Shown here one piece after another: positions 61,554 through 64,000 of a stretch of 64,000 bases of DNA (position 1 is its first letter; each line of letters opens with the position of its first letter). Source of the DNA: Eledone cirrhosa (lineage: Eukaryota); assembly GCA_964016885.1 (NCBI GenBank), contig OZ024743.1, forward strand, positions 331,452,001-331,516,000, in the 5' to 3' direction. The notes beneath the pieces are model-generated. The model had not been told where the DNA came from. It ran no database searches and was given only the letters and a program-made list of their open reading frames with translations. A program made the translations under genes and the position numbers.

Positions 61554-62669
61554 TATATACACACATATCATCATCATTTAACAGCCATTTTCCATGCTTG
61601 CATGGGTTAGATGGGTTGTCACATTATGAGACAAGTCAGGTCATACAAGTCTGTATTTTGCTTTGGTTTCTACAGCTGGATGCCCTTCTTAATGCTAGTA
61701 GGTGTCACAACAAAAAGCACCCAGTACTCACTGTAAATGAGGTTGGCACTAGGAAGAGCATCCAGTTGTAGAAACCTAACCAAAATCAGTTCTGTATGAG
61801 CTTGACATTGGTTCCATAGTATCAATCTGGGATCTTCAGATGGTCTTCCGAACATTATTTTTATCCACCCACTGGTTCTCTGTTTGATGAGCCCCCACTG
61901 TCCCTGATAAATCCAGCCTTGCATGTATGAGTAACTTTGGAGAAATAAGTATTCACAGGGACAAATGTAGGGTTAGAACAGGACTTTGTGATTGGAAAGT
62001 CAATTTCTTATTGTAGCAATATGACTGAGATCGGAAATGTATTATATGTATGCTTCTTGGTACAAATGTTAAGTGCTACCGATAGGTGTGTGTGTGTAAA
62101 TACACATGCTCTCCAGAATGTTATGAATGCTATAGACTGAAAAATGTAGTTTACCAATAAATCAAGGTATTTCAGTTAATTATCCATAGATATTGATTTA
62201 TCATAGATATATGTCAAACTATTGATATGAATACAAAAATATGAATTACTAATCAATATATTGCATCATAGATCAAAGTGCTTGGATGTCTTTTACTATT
62301 CCATTGTATTTCATGATATCTCAGTTTTGAAGAGTCACTGAGAACTGGTTCAATAGAGTTCTTGACATTCGGGTCAAAGTGTATATCGCCCTTGACACTA
62401 CACTCTATACATAACAAAGATATTTGATACTCAATTATCTAACTCGCAATACTCTATGTAAATAGATACCATGAGCAAGTTTAAAATAAAGAAAAGTCTG
62501 AAATCTATCTCATACCCGAAGGCCCATCAGGCTGGTGCTTATCCCAGTTTCCATGGCATTAAGCAACTGAGTGAACAAGAGAGTACCTTGGTCAGTATAT
62601 GGACTTTTCAGTCAACCCTCGTATCTAATGATAGGTTATGTGTGATGATTGATATTTAGATAGTGTGTG

Positions 62670-62915
62670 CCCTCTCAGTTCAAATCCTGTTGGATTCAAT
62701 TTTTGCCTTTCATCCATTTAAGATTGATAAAAAAAAAGTACCAATCTAGTACTGGGATTGGTTCCTCTGCTATATCTCTTTCTAATTTCGGTTCTCTCAC
62801 TCTCTATCCTTCACTGGAGAGAAGGTGGGCTTTGTCAGGTTTATAAAGAATGCCCTAGATATACTGCATGTCAATATGGCGCCCCTACAACTCCATCAGG
62901 AGTTATGGGTCCTTA
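62670..62915 (+). mobile_element. SINE (long-tail family), 5'-eroded
   Basis: agttcaaatcc...gcctttcatccatttaag..tgataaaaaaaagtacc...ggcgcccctacaactccatcaggagttatgg. Confidence 0.75.
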
Positions 62916-63154
62916 CAAAACAATTATTAGTGAACACTTGAAATTGCTACAACTCATCAAACTAGTTAATTCATATTAGGAAGTTAATAGGTGATGTTAG
63001 ATTTCATTTAAACCTTTATATTATTATAATCGAAGGGTATTGTTAGTATTTCCAGCTTTGTAAAATATTTATAATGAATTACTATATAGTTCAACAAAAT
63101 GGATAACTCAGTATGGATCTGAAACCAAGAAAGCTAGAAAATCAGTTGTTCACC

Positions 63155-63935
63155 AGTATTTGCTTTATATACATAGATGATATTTGCCTTATATACATAG
63201 AACACAGTATTATTAGCCTTGTGGTGACCCCTAGGGGTGAGAAGGAGAGTTAATGAGAGTTACGTCCCATGGAGGCTATAAATTGAGAAACTGAAAGTAC
63301 CCGCTCTCTTACAAAGCTCGCCGTCCAGGAGTTAAGATGTAATTTTACCTTCTCCCACTTTTCGTTTTTACCACACCATGTGGAGTGAACATATTAAGAG
63401 CAACTCTCTCTCAGGCGACTTCAACATGGGAACAGAAAACCAAATGGAGACTAACTTTCTCTCTCACCTCGTCGCCAATTCTACAACCAATTAAACATAT
63501 TCTATTATTAAAAAAGGTATGTTTTATTTCCAAGTTGTAACACGCACTCATAACAATAAAGATGAGACAATTATAGACACTCGTGTGAGATATTTCAGCA
63601 CGTTTCATTTAATTACTTTATTCCTAAATTGATGACCAAATAACGTAAACACTAAATAAAATCAACGATCATTCATCCACGTTAAAGTGGTGACGCAGCC
63701 GTTAAAGCCTTATATGCACGAACAAGATACCTTATATCCATAGAAGAAAGACATTATTTGACTTATATCCATAAAACAAGGTATTTGCCTTATATCCATA
63801 GAAAGCATTGTTTGCCTTATACCCATAAAATGTATTAAACTTATATTCATAGAACAGTATTATTAGCCATATACCGACAAAACAGGGAAGGTATTTGCCT
63901 TATATTGATATAAGAAAGGTATATTTGCCTTACCT
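63155..63935. repeat. ~30-bp degenerate minisatellite with a ~485-bp unique insert (63220-63705)
   Basis: tatttgccttatatccatagaa units; the insert is flanked by agcct(t) direct repeats. Confidence 0.65.
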
Positions 63936-64000
63936 GCTGTTCACTATCCTTGGCTTTTTCATCTGCAGCAATTGCTCTTTCCTCCAAGGCTCTCATCTGT

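Overview
Eukaryotic (animal) AT-rich, repeat-dense genomic DNA with no confidently identifiable host protein gene. The RTE-LINE/SINE inventory and microsatellite load suggest a cephalopod (Octopus-like) intron or intergenic region; this is an inference. The window holds two L1/Tx1-clade LINE pieces flanked by (GATA)n and at least 14 fragments of three RTE-clade LINE subfamilies, mostly embedded in (TA)n. It also holds two Penelope-like (GIY-YIG) fragments, many tRNA-headed SINEs with interchangeable tails, several MITE types, a small Helitron-like element and several satellites. Most notable: (1) all three RTE subfamilies carry a complete PHD-type (C4HC3) zinc finger inserted inside the reverse transcriptase domain; (2) a Penelope-like 3' region has two type I hammerhead ribozyme motifs about 1.33 kb apart, one fully canonical; (3) LINEs show apparent microsatellite-specific targeting; (4) some satellites derive from transposon ends. 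Most ORFs in the supplied track are microsatellite or antisense artefacts. Element boundaries were read by eye and are approximate.
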